Of a stretch of 64,000 bases of DNA, positions 26,664 through 36,603 are shown piece after piece. Every line of letters begins with the position of its first letter. Position 1 is the first letter of the stretch. Below the pieces are notes generated by a model. The model did not search any database. It was not told the DNA's origin and saw only the letters and a program-made list of their open reading frames with translations. Position numbers and translations under genes: made by a program. The stretch is from the IMG/VR virus record IMGVR_UViG_3300026484_000053, positions 64,001 to 128,000 of that record; one strand, 5' to 3'. Source of the stretch: a virus.

Positions 26664-28943
26664 ATGGGAATTAAGATTAAAAGTCCTAATGGAGCACTAA
26701 TATTAGAAGCTCAAGATGGTGCAGATAACGCCACGGTAGTATTGCCGAGAGAACCCATAGCAACAGAAAGTCATGTTCAGACTAAGGTAACAGACGCTAC
26801 AACTATTTTAGACAGTAAAATCAATAATACACCAAGACAAATAGTTAGTAACGTACTGGTGAATAGTAATAGTGTAACTATAGATAATATAATAGTTACT
26901 AAAAATCACGCTGTGATTACTTATACGGGTATTGATGGCGATATATCAGTTCCAGTTGGTATTAATGCAGAATGGTTTACAGATTCAACTAATAGTTCAG
27001 ATTATTACTTAGATGGAGAAGAAGTAAAGCTACAGTCAGATGATAGTGTTATAGCTAGTGGAAGTTGTGTATTAAATTTAGTAAAAGTGAAAATCAAAAA
27101 GAGAAGTGGTGGAGATTTTGATGATGATAATTCTGCTAACTTTGTGTTTGATGGACTAAGACTTAAAACGGATGTTATTAAAACAGGCCAAACAGACGCA
27201 AGAGCAACAGTAGCGGGTATTGATTTTTCTGGTAGCAATATCATAATAAAAGGGAATGATGCTAATACTAATGAAATAGATAGTGAATATGTAATGGGTG
27301 TTACTTTATATACACATATCAAATGGGGAATGACTAGTCATAATAAATTCTATGTAGAAGCATACAATCCTGTTACTAAAGAGGGTATGATACTTTATAG
27401 TGGTTCAGGTAGTGCTGGGCATGAGATTAAACATAGTATGGGTGTTGAGTTGGATTATTTCGGTTATAAAAACTTAACATCTGCCATAGAATGGAGAGTT
27501 GGTACAAGATACAATGGTGGTACTAATAAGTATCTAGTGTTAAACACTGATGCTTCTATAGCTACTAATAGCGGACAGAATGAAAGCACAAACAACAGTA
27601 TTATATTCGGAACTTCTACTTCTTGTAATGCTTCAACTGATACCTACATAGCATACTACAAATGTAAATCAGAAACATTTACAATAGGTACTTATATTGG
27701 TACGGGAGCTAGTGGTAATAAGATTGTTACTACTGATGTAAATGGTAAAGAAGTTAAGTTACGAGATGTTGTTATTAAGAGGATTGATGATGTTGGTGAT
27801 TGGGTAGTACTTGATAGTGCAAGAAACGACGCTGATTTAACATTGAATGGGTCTGGAGCAGAAGAATCAAGACATAAGCTAAATTATACTACAGGTTATA
27901 TTGTAATTGATGACACTTCCACTTATGGTGGTGGTATTAACAAGCTAAACGCTCAATACCTATATATGGGGTACATAGACACAAATGCTACAATAACACC
28001 TGACGATAGTTATTACAATAAACCAGTAGATAGTTCAGATGTAGATGCAACAGACACAACTACAACAACAGCAGATTATACAGTTGATACCATTGTAAAG
28101 GATAGTACAAGTGGTAAGATGTATAAAGCTATCGTTGATATAACGAGTGGGGATTTACTGACTAATACAGACAAGTTTAAAGCACTAAGTACATTATCGA
28201 TAACAGATGGTACATTTATAACAACTAATGGTATTGATGGTCAAGGCTATATTCATTCAACTGAAAAGTTTACTGGAACTATTGATTTTAGTGGCGTTAG
28301 TGATGGACTTAAATGGGTAGGTAAAAGAGGTACTAACTTTGTATTTGAAGATAAGAAGCCTATGAATGGTTTATATACAAAAACAAGTGCTGATGATAAT
28401 AGATTAGTTAATATTGATGGTAAATTATATGATACTGTTGGTGGTGAACTGGTTGTAGGTGGTAACTTTGATACACAAGCTGATGTTGATTTAATAAACA
28501 GTACTACTGGTACAGTATCATTATCAAGTGGAAAACTAAGGGTAACACAAGATGGCTCAATTGGTGAAGCTTATACTCAATATATAGACACGATAATAGG
28601 AGAAGAATATATAATCTCTTGTAATGACATAGGAGGTACTGCTAATGGGTATTTTTTCCCTGTAAAATCAGATGATAGTTATTATCTATCGCTGGGCTAT
28701 AACACTACAGGAAACTTAAGTGGAACATTTATAGCGTCTGAAACAACTGCACGTGTTAAGTTTAGAGTTATTGATGGTACTGATGACTATGCAGAGTTCG
28801 ACAATATAAGTGTATATAAAATAAAACCAACACTAGGAACACTACAAGAACCAACAGCGTTCCTAAAGTATCCAGTTATGGTCGCAAGTGAAACACCTAT
28901 GCATATAGTAAAACCAATGACAAATAGAACAAGGAGAGTATAA
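26664..28943 (+). CDS. Tail fibre/receptor-binding protein 2
   Basis: Shares HIKWGMTSHNKFYVEAYNPVTKEG and YKCKSETFTIGTYIGTG...KRIDDVGDW blocks with fibres 1 and 3. Confidence 0.7.
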   Translation: MGIKIKSPNGALILEAQDGADNATVVLPREPIATESHVQTKVTDATTILDSKINNTPRQIVSNVLVNSNSVTIDNIIVTKNHAVITYTGIDGDISVPVGINAEWFTDSTNSSDYYLDGEEVKLQSDDSVIASGSCVLNLVKVKIKKRSGGDFDDDNSANFVFDGLRLKTDVIKTGQTDARATVAGIDFSGSNIIIKGNDANTNEIDSEYVMGVTLYTHIKWGMTSHNKFYVEAYNPVTKEGMILYSGSGSAGHEIKHSMGVELDYFGYKNLTSAIEWRVGTRYNGGTNKYLVLNTDASIATNSGQNESTNNSIIFGTSTSCNASTDTYIAYYKCKSETFTIGTYIGTGASGNKIVTTDVNGKEVKLRDVVIKRIDDVGDWVVLDSARNDADLTLNGSGAEESRHKLNYTTGYIVIDDTSTYGGGINKLNAQYLYMGYIDTNATITPDDSYYNKPVDSSDVDATDTTTTTADYTVDTIVKDSTSGKMYKAIVDITSGDLLTNTDKFKALSTLSITDGTFITTNGIDGQGYIHSTEKFTGTIDFSGVSDGLKWVGKRGTNFVFEDKKPMNGLYTKTSADDNRLVNIDGKLYDTVGGELVVGGNFDTQADVDLINSTTGTVSLSSGKLRVTQDGSIGEAYTQYIDTIIGEEYIISCNDIGGTANGYFFPVKSDDSYYLSLGYNTTGNLSGTFIASETTARVKFRVIDGTDDYAEFDNISVYKIKPTLGTLQEPTAFLKYPVMVASETPMHIVKPMTNRTRRV

Positions 28944-29464
28944 TGAGTGATTATAAAGATTGGACAGATAGAGAGTTACCATCAAGTGTGATGGATACTC
29001 TGGAGGTAGATGATTTAGCAGTTAATTATGAGATTGTATGTGCTGACTTGAAGATGACTGATAGACCTATGTTCTTTGCTGGTAGGACTGCTGGTAATAT
29101 AGATACAGATATTATTATAGACTTTAACGATGTACAAGTAGATACACATAACGCTTATAGTGGTGGTGCTTGGGTTTGTCCTAAGGATGGTGTTTATAGT
29201 ATAATATCTAATATTTTTATGTATATATCTTCTTCAGATTATAGTACTTTTGCAATAATGTATATAAACAATGACATAGTGCAAATAACTTATCAAAGAG
29301 ATACTGATGTTAGTGGAGATAGGCACTCAGTAATAGTATCGAGTAGAGAACTTAAAAAAAATGACTTAGTTTTTATAAAATCATACGCAGTTAATGGAGA
29401 TGAATATATAAGCGGTACAGACTCTGCTAGAACAAACCTATCAATAAGCTACCTAGGAGCATAA
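28943..29464 (+). CDS. Stand-alone C1q/TNF-like fibre-tip domain 2
   Basis: Paralogue of 25156; own AAGGAG RBS. Confidence 0.7.
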   Translation: MSDYKDWTDRELPSSVMDTLEVDDLAVNYEIVCADLKMTDRPMFFAGRTAGNIDTDIIIDFNDVQVDTHNAYSGGAWVCPKDGVYSIISNIFMYISSSDYSTFAIMYINNDIVQITYQRDTDVSGDRHSVIVSSRELKKNDLVFIKSYAVNGDEYISGTDSARTNLSISYLGA

Positions 29465-29465
29465 A

Positions 29466-29912
29466 ATGATAATACAAAACAAAGACAATAAAATAACAAT
29501 CGTATCAATGGCAGATAAACTACTGCCGATACACGAAACACTAGGGTATGAACTTATGGCTAAACCTGATTTCGATGTGCAAGGACAAAAATTACATTTA
29601 GTAGATGGTATTTTAGCAATAGATACAGAACTTACAAATGAGTTAGCTACTAAACAGCTTATTAAAGAAATGGAGAAGTCTGTACAAGGACTGATTGATT
29701 CAACAGCTAAAGGATTAGGTTATGATAACATGAACTCAACAGCTAAGTATTTACGTCCTAATAGTCCGTTCTACGATGAGTGTATTGCGCTAGGCGACTG
29801 GACAGATGCAGTATGGGCCAAAGTATACGAAGTACAGGCTGATGTTGACTCAGGTGCCGAATCACCTACTATAGAAGAATTACTTGAATTAATGCCTGTT
29901 TACGGTGCGTAA
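29466..29912 (+). CDS. Tail fibre assembly/chaperone protein
   Basis: N-terminus nearly identical to 25661; C-terminus LIDSTAKGLGYDNM.S.AKY...W.DAVW is a different chaperone type. Confidence 0.7.
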   Translation: MIIQNKDNKITIVSMADKLLPIHETLGYELMAKPDFDVQGQKLHLVDGILAIDTELTNELATKQLIKEMEKSVQGLIDSTAKGLGYDNMNSTAKYLRPNSPFYDECIALGDWTDAVWAKVYEVQADVDSGAESPTIEELLELMPVYGA

Positions 29913-29918
29913 TTAAAC

Positions 29919-30101
29919 TTGAACGCCTTAACTAACATATACCAGAAGGACCTATACGAAATTATAGGTCCTAAAGACAGAGGTAATGCAGATATAGTAG
30001 TAAAGCAACGAGTAGAAGTTAAATCTTACAAGTCTCCTCAGTATCTGGGGTTTATGCGAATACCAAAGTTCTTCATAAAGAACAAGATGCATAACTTTTA
30101 A
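29919..30101 (+). CDS. Possible small hypothetical protein
   Basis: 60-aa TTG-start ORF filling the gap; no recognisable motif. Confidence 0.25.
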   Translation: MNALTNIYQKDLYEIIGPKDRGNADIVVKQRVEVKSYKSPQYLGFMRIPKFFIKNKMHNF

Positions 30102-30145
30102 ATACAAGGTACTGAATACAAGGTACTGAATACAAGGTACTGAAT
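30101..30145. repeat. 14-bp tandem repeat (aatacaaggtactg x3)
   Basis: Directly visible, intergenic. Confidence 0.9.
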
Positions 30146-30180
30146 TAAAGATAAATAAACCAAAATATTAGGATGATAAT

Positions 30181-30630
30181 ATGAACACAACTTTCCAAGA
30201 ATTAGTACAAAACTTTAAAATAAAGTCTCCACTTGTGTCAGAAGAACAAGAAGCATGGACTAGAGAAGATCTGCATGATATTATAGATTTCTTATACGAA
30301 GAAGACTTTGAAGATGCAGTAGAAGCTCTTATTGACTTTATAGACGACGAAGACTTAGAAGATCTTGAAGACGAACTAGACAAAGACGTTACTGAGAAAA
30401 TGTCAGCTTCATCTAAACGTGACGCTGCAAAAGGTAGACGTAAAGCTTCTTTTAAGAACAAAATGAGAAAGAAGAAAAAATGCCTACAAAAACACGGAGA
30501 TACTATCAAGAAATCAAACGGTAGAAAAACATGTAACGTTAAAGGTAAGCTTGTAAAAGGTATGTCTAGACAAGACAGAAAGTCTATGAGAAAAACTAGA
30601 CGCAAGAATAAAAACAAAATTACTTCGTAG
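30181..30630 (+). CDS. Probable prohead core protein (gp68-like)
   Basis: Very acidic N-half and very basic K/R-rich C-half, the architecture of T4 gp68. Confidence 0.5.
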   Translation: MNTTFQELVQNFKIKSPLVSEEQEAWTREDLHDIIDFLYEEDFEDAVEALIDFIDDEDLEDLEDELDKDVTEKMSASSKRDAAKGRRKASFKNKMRKKKKCLQKHGDTIKKSNGRKTCNVKGKLVKGMSRQDRKSMRKTRRKNKNKITS

Positions 30631-30644
30631 AATAGTAGAGCATT

Positions 30645-30962
30645 ATGTTTAAAAAAATAGTACAATCTATATCTGAGTCACTTCAAAGTGACGGTTCTAT
30701 AGCAGATCTGCACTTACAAAAGTCTCATAGTAATAATTTATTAGAACTTAGTATGGATCTTAAGAGATCAGTAACGTTTGTTAAGTCTTTAGATTCTATT
30801 AAAGCTGAATACGAAGAATCTCAGTATGACGAGATAGAAAAACGATACGCTAAAATAGAGCAATCTTATACCAAAGACTTTCATAAGATACATAAAGATT
30901 TTGAAAAAGACATAAACTTATTATTACAGAAAATGGGTAAAGATATTAAAAAGGCATTCTAG
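30645..30962 (+). CDS. Hypothetical protein
   Basis: 105-aa helical ORF in the same run. Confidence 0.55.
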   Translation: MFKKIVQSISESLQSDGSIADLHLQKSHSNNLLELSMDLKRSVTFVKSLDSIKAEYEESQYDEIEKRYAKIEQSYTKDFHKIHKDFEKDINLLLQKMGKDIKKAF

Positions 30963-32402
30963 ATGAATATTACAGTAGCAGGAGATGTTTACTTAGAAGA
31001 CGATACGTTAGTAGATTGTAAAATCGAAGTATTTGTTAAAACAACTTTAACAGGTTGGAGTGACATCAGAGATACAGAAGACACTTCTTACAATATAAAC
31101 TTAGGAGATCCTGATATTTCAGGTCAGGACAATGTACTTAAGATAACTAACTCCAGCACTGAATCTGTTCTTTTAGCTGCGTACTACCAAGGTTCTCGCA
31201 CAGACAACGACAATATACCAGATCAATTTTGCTATTATTTCTTTAACCTTGATGGTTCAGATCTTTATTTAAATGACTTATATCTTAAACCTTTACAGGC
31301 TATAGATTGTTCTTTATGGAATATTCCTGATACTCTTAATGTAAATGATGTACTTGTAGCAAAAAACGGTGCGACTAATGAAGAGTCTTATGTTAAAGAT
31401 GGTAAAACTTACTGGCACAAAAAATATTACGGATCTGAACTCGTTTATAACTTCGTCGGTACGTCTTTAACTGAATACAGGTTCTGGTACGACGACGAAG
31501 ATGAAGACGAGTACAGTACTACTAATGTGCACGTTCTTACTAGAAGTGGAGATATACATGTAGACATTCGTACTACTGATTATCTTGGAAGAACTAGAGA
31601 ATGTCATGACTCGCTAGAGATATATCACACAGCTTTTGCTTGCTTTAATAACAATAATCCTACTAAGAACCAAGAACTCGTAGTTACGTCATGTGCTGGA
31701 AGTACAACTGACTTCTCTGTAGACTATGTTATAGACGGAGAGTATTACAATACAGAAGATGTACAGATATTTGAATTAACAAAACACGACATAAAAGCTA
31801 CTCAGTACGTACACTTCTTTAATGGTTACGAAGATATAACTCTTGAATTAAGTAAAATAATCCAGATGACTAACATACCTCCTGAAATGGATCTTGTAGT
31901 TACAGAACCTTTAAACGACACGTTGCTTTATAAATTCGAGCATAACGGTACAGATGAAGATGGAACTATACAGCATACTCAATATGACATTTATAAGAAT
32001 GTTAAGTCCAGTGATGGAGAAGATAACTGGACTCTGTTCTACAGTACAGGTAAAACGCAACCGCAAGACTTCGAATATGATTTTAGTGCCGACATTGCAG
32101 AAATGCGTGTCGTTGTACAAGTATGGGATGATTCAGCTGCACAAGTACAACAAGAATATGAATTTACTGTAGAATGTCCAAGTAAAGGTGTTAGTTTTGA
32201 AAACGTAGACTGGACTAAAAAGATACGAACTATAGATTGGACGCCTAGAGTGATTAAAACACCTTGGTTAGAAAAACGTGTACCAATAGACTTTACAATA
32301 AAAATAACTAAAGTACCTTGGAATATTACAAAGCATCGTTTAGATTGGTCTATTCTAATAAATAAATTAAAGTTTACTCTTCGTAGAAGAGATATATTAT
32401 AG
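30963..32402 (+). CDS. Probable virion structural protein (Ig/PKD-like beta domains)
   Basis: Acidic, beta-rich; TNIPPE...F...TDEDG...Y...V.V.D pattern. Confidence 0.5.
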   Translation: MNITVAGDVYLEDDTLVDCKIEVFVKTTLTGWSDIRDTEDTSYNINLGDPDISGQDNVLKITNSSTESVLLAAYYQGSRTDNDNIPDQFCYYFFNLDGSDLYLNDLYLKPLQAIDCSLWNIPDTLNVNDVLVAKNGATNEESYVKDGKTYWHKKYYGSELVYNFVGTSLTEYRFWYDDEDEDEYSTTNVHVLTRSGDIHVDIRTTDYLGRTRECHDSLEIYHTAFACFNNNNPTKNQELVVTSCAGSTTDFSVDYVIDGEYYNTEDVQIFELTKHDIKATQYVHFFNGYEDITLELSKIIQMTNIPPEMDLVVTEPLNDTLLYKFEHNGTDEDGTIQHTQYDIYKNVKSSDGEDNWTLFYSTGKTQPQDFEYDFSADIAEMRVVVQVWDDSAAQVQQEYEFTVECPSKGVSFENVDWTKKIRTIDWTPRVIKTPWLEKRVPIDFTIKITKVPWNITKHRLDWSILINKLKFTLRRRDIL

Positions 32403-32408
32403 GAGCTA

Positions 32409-33032
32409 ATGATGGCAGAAATACAAACAGTAGAAGTTACAATAGGCGACAGCTCAGACTTATGGGAATTTTCAAGTAAGGACATACCAGTTCTTGATAT
32501 TAACTGGACAGGATCATGGACTATAGCAGAATCTATTGGCGAAACGCCAGTACTGCAAGGTAACTTAACTAAGAACATTGACATTTTTAATGAAGACTCA
32601 CTAATTAATGAACCGTTAAGAAATTCTTACAAGCTATTCGAGCCAGATGATGAAACAGTGACGTTTAATGATAACGTTCAAGATGGTAGTACAGTTACTG
32701 TTAGTGGTACAGTTACTAAAGACGGTGCAGCAGTGCCATCAAAGTACATTTACATTATTGTTAAAGGTCTATTCGTACCTCATTCAAGAACTATAAGAAC
32801 ACAGTGTGACGTTAATGGTGAATTTTCTGTTCAGCTAAACCTAGACATTACTCTTAAAACTCCTGCAGACTCTTTCTTTATTTTTCAATTAATGCCTACT
32901 GACAGCGAAACGTTACTTGAAAAGACTTATTATCTTACATGCGAAGTTAAACAAGACGACGCAGGTACTATTAAATTTAGAAAAGAGCTGCTTCAACTTA
33001 AACTAAAAATGATTAAGCAAGGTGTGATTTAA
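32409..33032 (+). CDS. Hypothetical, probably structural protein
   Basis: 207 aa, AGGAG RBS, beta-rich. Confidence 0.5.
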   Translation: MMAEIQTVEVTIGDSSDLWEFSSKDIPVLDINWTGSWTIAESIGETPVLQGNLTKNIDIFNEDSLINEPLRNSYKLFEPDDETVTFNDNVQDGSTVTVSGTVTKDGAAVPSKYIYIIVKGLFVPHSRTIRTQCDVNGEFSVQLNLDITLKTPADSFFIFQLMPTDSETLLEKTYYLTCEVKQDDAGTIKFRKELLQLKLKMIKQGVI

Positions 33033-33234
33033 CGTTACGCTGCTTAATCAGGCTTATTTAAGATTATAAACTATATAAGCAACACTTATCTTTCAATCCT
33101 CATCTAATGTAATACATTGTTAGTACGATCTAAAATTAACAAATCCAAGTATTAACCTGTAGACCTGACTAACTGTAAAATGCTCATACAGAGAGCATGT
33201 ATATAGATATAAGCAATCTTCATTTTGAAGCAAT

Positions 33235-33266
33235 TTAATACCTGTTTAACAATATTATGATATAAT
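33235..33266 (+). promoter_or_regulatory. Extended -10 early promoter
   Basis: tttaat...tttaac...TGATATAAT (TATAAT at 33261-33266), followed by an AAGGA RBS. Confidence 0.65.
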
Positions 33267-33295
33267 AAGACTATAAACAGTATAAAGGATTATTT

Positions 33296-34306
33296 ATGGG
33301 TGGAAATACCAAATGTATAAAAGACGGTGTAGAATATATGCCTAGTAAGTTAAAAGTAAATAAAAACGCTTTAAAAGAGATATCTCAAATACTTAAAGAA
33401 CTTAATATAGAAGAATACTATTCAGGTAGTACGTCACTATTTTTTAATAATTATGATGATATAATAAAGCACAAGCAATATATGGGTGACGTAGACGTTA
33501 TGGTTGACAAGGAAAAAGTTAAATATTACATTAAAGTTATAAGATCTCATCATAAGTACAAATGCGACAATATAAACATTCAAAAACCAGGTAACACTTT
33601 AATAGCTTTATTTAAGTTAGATAGTAGTCCTGAAGATGAGTTAACCCAATTCGATTTTGAGCTACTCGATTTTAAAGATAATAAGCCAACAGAATGGTCT
33701 ATGTTTAGCCACTCTAGTCATATAGAAGATGCAACAATTGTAAAAGCAGTATTTCATAAACACCTTCTAAGAGCTCTTGTTGGTATGAGCCACATTAAAA
33801 AGGCAGTAGTCTTTACACCTAGTAGTACTAAAGAAAATCCAAAATTAAAATCTAAGCAACCACCATACATAAGACTATATAATTTTGGTGTAGATTCTGG
33901 TGTTGGTCAAGCGTATGAGAAAATTAATGATGTAATGTACAGAGAGTTAAGAAAGAATAAAGGTGGAATTAAAGGTGAAGTACAGTATAATAAAGATTTA
34001 GATTATTGTGCAAAGATCGCTTTAGATAAAAACGCTACAAAATGTGATATCATGTCATTAGAAAGAATAATAAAATATGTTCAGCAAAACGAAATATGTA
34101 AAGTACATAAACAGCTCGTATTTTATAGATTTTATGAGATTGTATTTGGTATAGGTTGTCAGGCTCAGCCTATAGAAGACAATGCAGAAGATGATATTGC
34201 AGCAAAATTAAAAGCATATCATTACGTTAGAAAAGCGTGGCAATTAGACGTAGACGAATGCTTAGAAGACACTGTTGAAAAGTATCTAGAAAGAGTATGG
34301 AACTAA
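33296..34306 (+). CDS. Pol-beta-superfamily nucleotidyltransferase
   Basis: MGGN start, YYSGS, MGDVDV (DxD), TQFDFE (third Asp). Confidence 0.7.
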   Translation: MGGNTKCIKDGVEYMPSKLKVNKNALKEISQILKELNIEEYYSGSTSLFFNNYDDIIKHKQYMGDVDVMVDKEKVKYYIKVIRSHHKYKCDNINIQKPGNTLIALFKLDSSPEDELTQFDFELLDFKDNKPTEWSMFSHSSHIEDATIVKAVFHKHLLRALVGMSHIKKAVVFTPSSTKENPKLKSKQPPYIRLYNFGVDSGVGQAYEKINDVMYRELRKNKGGIKGEVQYNKDLDYCAKIALDKNATKCDIMSLERIIKYVQQNEICKVHKQLVFYRFYEIVFGIGCQAQPIEDNAEDDIAAKLKAYHYVRKAWQLDVDECLEDTVEKYLERVWN

Positions 34307-34325
34307 CGTATGGAACTAACGTATG
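34295..34325. repeat. 13-bp tandem duplication at the gene junction
   Basis: gtatggaactaac x2. Confidence 0.85.
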
Positions 34326-35327
34326 AAAAATAAACTAATTAGCAGTATTAAAGAAAGTAATTTATCAGATTCTGAACTAGCGTATATTTACAATCAAGTT
34401 ATGTACGTACATGTAGAATCATCTGTAAACTTGTTATTTCAACAATGCTCTGCACACGCAGAGTCTGAAAAAGTTATAAGAGAGTACATTAAGAATTCTG
34501 CTCAGCCTTATAAAGATAAAATACGAGTTATACAATATATCACTACGCATCGTATTGACAAAAACAACTTTTTACAGAATGGCGTAGCGCAAAAACTAAG
34601 TGATTTTTACAGAATGAATTATGCCTGGATTTACAACGTACCGTTCTTTAAAGAATTTGTTAAGTGGCTATCAGAGCTTAAGCTAAATCCACAAGGCCAA
34701 GGTGCTACTGGAGTAGGACGTGGCGAACATTTACTTATTATACTTTGCAAGAATGGTGAATTTGCTACTAAAGGTGACGTTCTTATAGGTAACGATCAGG
34801 TAGAAGTTAAGAATGGCGGCGAAATATACAAAGCACCAAAACAATATCGTGAAATAGAACAAATTATAGAGTTAGAGCTTGGAGTTAAGAACGTGACTAA
34901 TCTAGGTAGATTAGTAAAATGTTTTAATAATTTAGACAGAGACAGACAGTACATCTTAGACATGTACAGTGGCATTTACAAGCATATGTTTAGTGACGTA
35001 CCAGAAGTATATGATAAGATAGATGATATTTTTAACGCTACATTAGATAAAGACGGCAGGTGCTCTAAAGAAGATATACTATTAGCTTTTAAGAGATTAA
35101 ATTTCTCATTATACCAGGAAGAATACGGATTCGATTATTGCGTTTTCTTTAACTTCAAAGACGGAGACGAGATGATCAGTGCAGTACAACATGAAAGCCA
35201 AATCTGTAAAGAAAATGGTTATAAAATAGATGGATTGAACTTTAAAAATGGATATAAAGGCAGTGCTCTAACAATTAAATTAGACGTATCTAGGTCTAGA
35301 AAGGATTATTTAAATGGCAAAAGATAG
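34323..35327 (+). CDS. PD-(D/E)XK nuclease-like protein
   Basis: GVGRGE...KGDVLIG..QVEVKN fits the E...GD...(D/E)xK pattern. Confidence 0.65.
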   Translation: MKNKLISSIKESNLSDSELAYIYNQVMYVHVESSVNLLFQQCSAHAESEKVIREYIKNSAQPYKDKIRVIQYITTHRIDKNNFLQNGVAQKLSDFYRMNYAWIYNVPFFKEFVKWLSELKLNPQGQGATGVGRGEHLLIILCKNGEFATKGDVLIGNDQVEVKNGGEIYKAPKQYREIEQIIELELGVKNVTNLGRLVKCFNNLDRDRQYILDMYSGIYKHMFSDVPEVYDKIDDIFNATLDKDGRCSKEDILLAFKRLNFSLYQEEYGFDYCVFFNFKDGDEMISAVQHESQICKENGYKIDGLNFKNGYKGSALTIKLDVSRSRKDYLNGKR

Positions 35328-36603
35328 ATTGGATGTAAGTATTAAAAACGTAGAAAAACTTACTAAAAAACACTCTAAAGAATTAAATGAATATATCTCT
35401 AGTAAAGGTATAATAAAGATAGAAGAGAAAATAGATGGTATTAAAATTAACATTATTAAAGCGCATAACACAGGTGATTTAAAACGTGACTTAAAAGTTT
35501 ACTATAAAAACGATTTACTTATATGGGATGAATTTAATTACCTTTCAGACAGTGATATTAAAATGTTTAGTACAGGTAATGCTCAATTTAAATTCTGTTT
35601 AGATGAAGTGTTACGATTTAATAAAGAAGAAATAAAAAAATTAGAAATTAATACAGAGCTATTCTTTGAATACGTTATGCGTAAGAGTACTTTAAGCCAT
35701 ACTTACACAGAATTATTTAATCTTATTTTTATAAAGGCTACAACTGAACAAGATATGAGTTATTTTAAACAAAGATATCCCATCTACGTAGTGAATAATA
35801 ATTATAAAGCACAGTCGCTTGATTTTATGATAAAAAGTTTAAAACAAGATCTTAAAGAATATAGTTCTGTTTATGGTGGAATCAAAGGTACTGCTGAAGG
35901 TTTTGTTATCAAAACCGATATAGGATTATTTAAATTACAGAAAGAATCTCAAAACGACCAAGAAGAAAGAACTAAAATAAAGAACAAGCACCGTATGGAA
36001 CCTTATGCAGAAGAATTATACTGGTCTCAAGTAAGATCAAGTGCTTTATACTTTATGGAAAATAATAGTCACGTTTTAGCATTACCGTATCATAGTAAAA
36101 AGAATAAGGTACAAGTATTAGATGATATAATGGGTAATGTAAAATTTATAACGCACAAGAGACTGCCAGGAAATAACGGTGCGCTATTCATAGGCAAGTT
36201 TAGAGTACTTACAGTACAACATCTTAAAATAATTAAAGAAGCATATAAGGAATACGATACGTTAACTATATGCGTAGTTACTAGTAAAGACACTAAAAGT
36301 ACTAAAGAATTCAGACTTAGCGTGCTTAATGAAGTATTAAAAAAGAATAATATAAAAGCTAACGTGATTAAACATGGAAGTGGAAATATATTTGGTATAA
36401 TGAATAAAAGTGCTTGCAATATTAATGTTATTGTAGCAGGTACAGATAGAGTAGAAGCTTATAGAGAAACTCTTAAAAATAATCCTGACTTAAGTGTATG
36501 CGAAATAAAAAGAACAGATGAAGATTGTAGCGCTACTAAAGCATTTAAAGATATGAGTCTTGTACCTGAAGAGATCAGGTACAGATATTGCGAGTTCGTC
36601 TAA
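35314..36603 (+). CDS. Fusion of an RNA-ligase-like (KxDG) domain and a HIGH-class (cytidylyltransferase-like) nucleotidyltransferase
   Basis: EEKIDG (motif I), LFFEY (III), AEGFV (IV), FKLQK (V); C-terminal FIGKFRVLTVQH and IVAGTDRV. Confidence 0.7.
   Translation: MAKDRLDVSIKNVEKLTKKHSKELNEYISSKGIIKIEEKIDGIKINIIKAHNTGDLKRDLKVYYKNDLLIWDEFNYLSDSDIKMFSTGNAQFKFCLDEVLRFNKEEIKKLEINTELFFEYVMRKSTLSHTYTELFNLIFIKATTEQDMSYFKQRYPIYVVNNNYKAQSLDFMIKSLKQDLKEYSSVYGGIKGTAEGFVIKTDIGLFKLQKESQNDQEERTKIKNKHRMEPYAEELYWSQVRSSALYFMENNSHVLALPYHSKKNKVQVLDDIMGNVKFITHKRLPGNNGALFIGKFRVLTVQHLKIIKEAYKEYDTLTICVVTSKDTKSTKEFRLSVLNEVLKKNNIKANVIKHGSGNIFGIMNKSACNINVIVAGTDRVEAYRETLKNNPDLSVCEIKRTDEDCSATKAFKDMSLVPEEIRYRYCEFV

Noticed and set aside
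25100-28960. Programmed frameshift or readthrough joining fibres 1 and 2 to their C1q ORFs
   Set aside because: Each C1q ORF has its own strong AAGGAG RBS, and no slippery heptamer was seen at the junctions.
33033-33235. 200-nt intergenic region with several small hairpins (gcttat/ataagc, atgctc/gagcat, cttca/tgaag)
   Set aside because: Stems are short and AT-rich with no promoter or closing helix recognised; not distinguishable from chance by eye.
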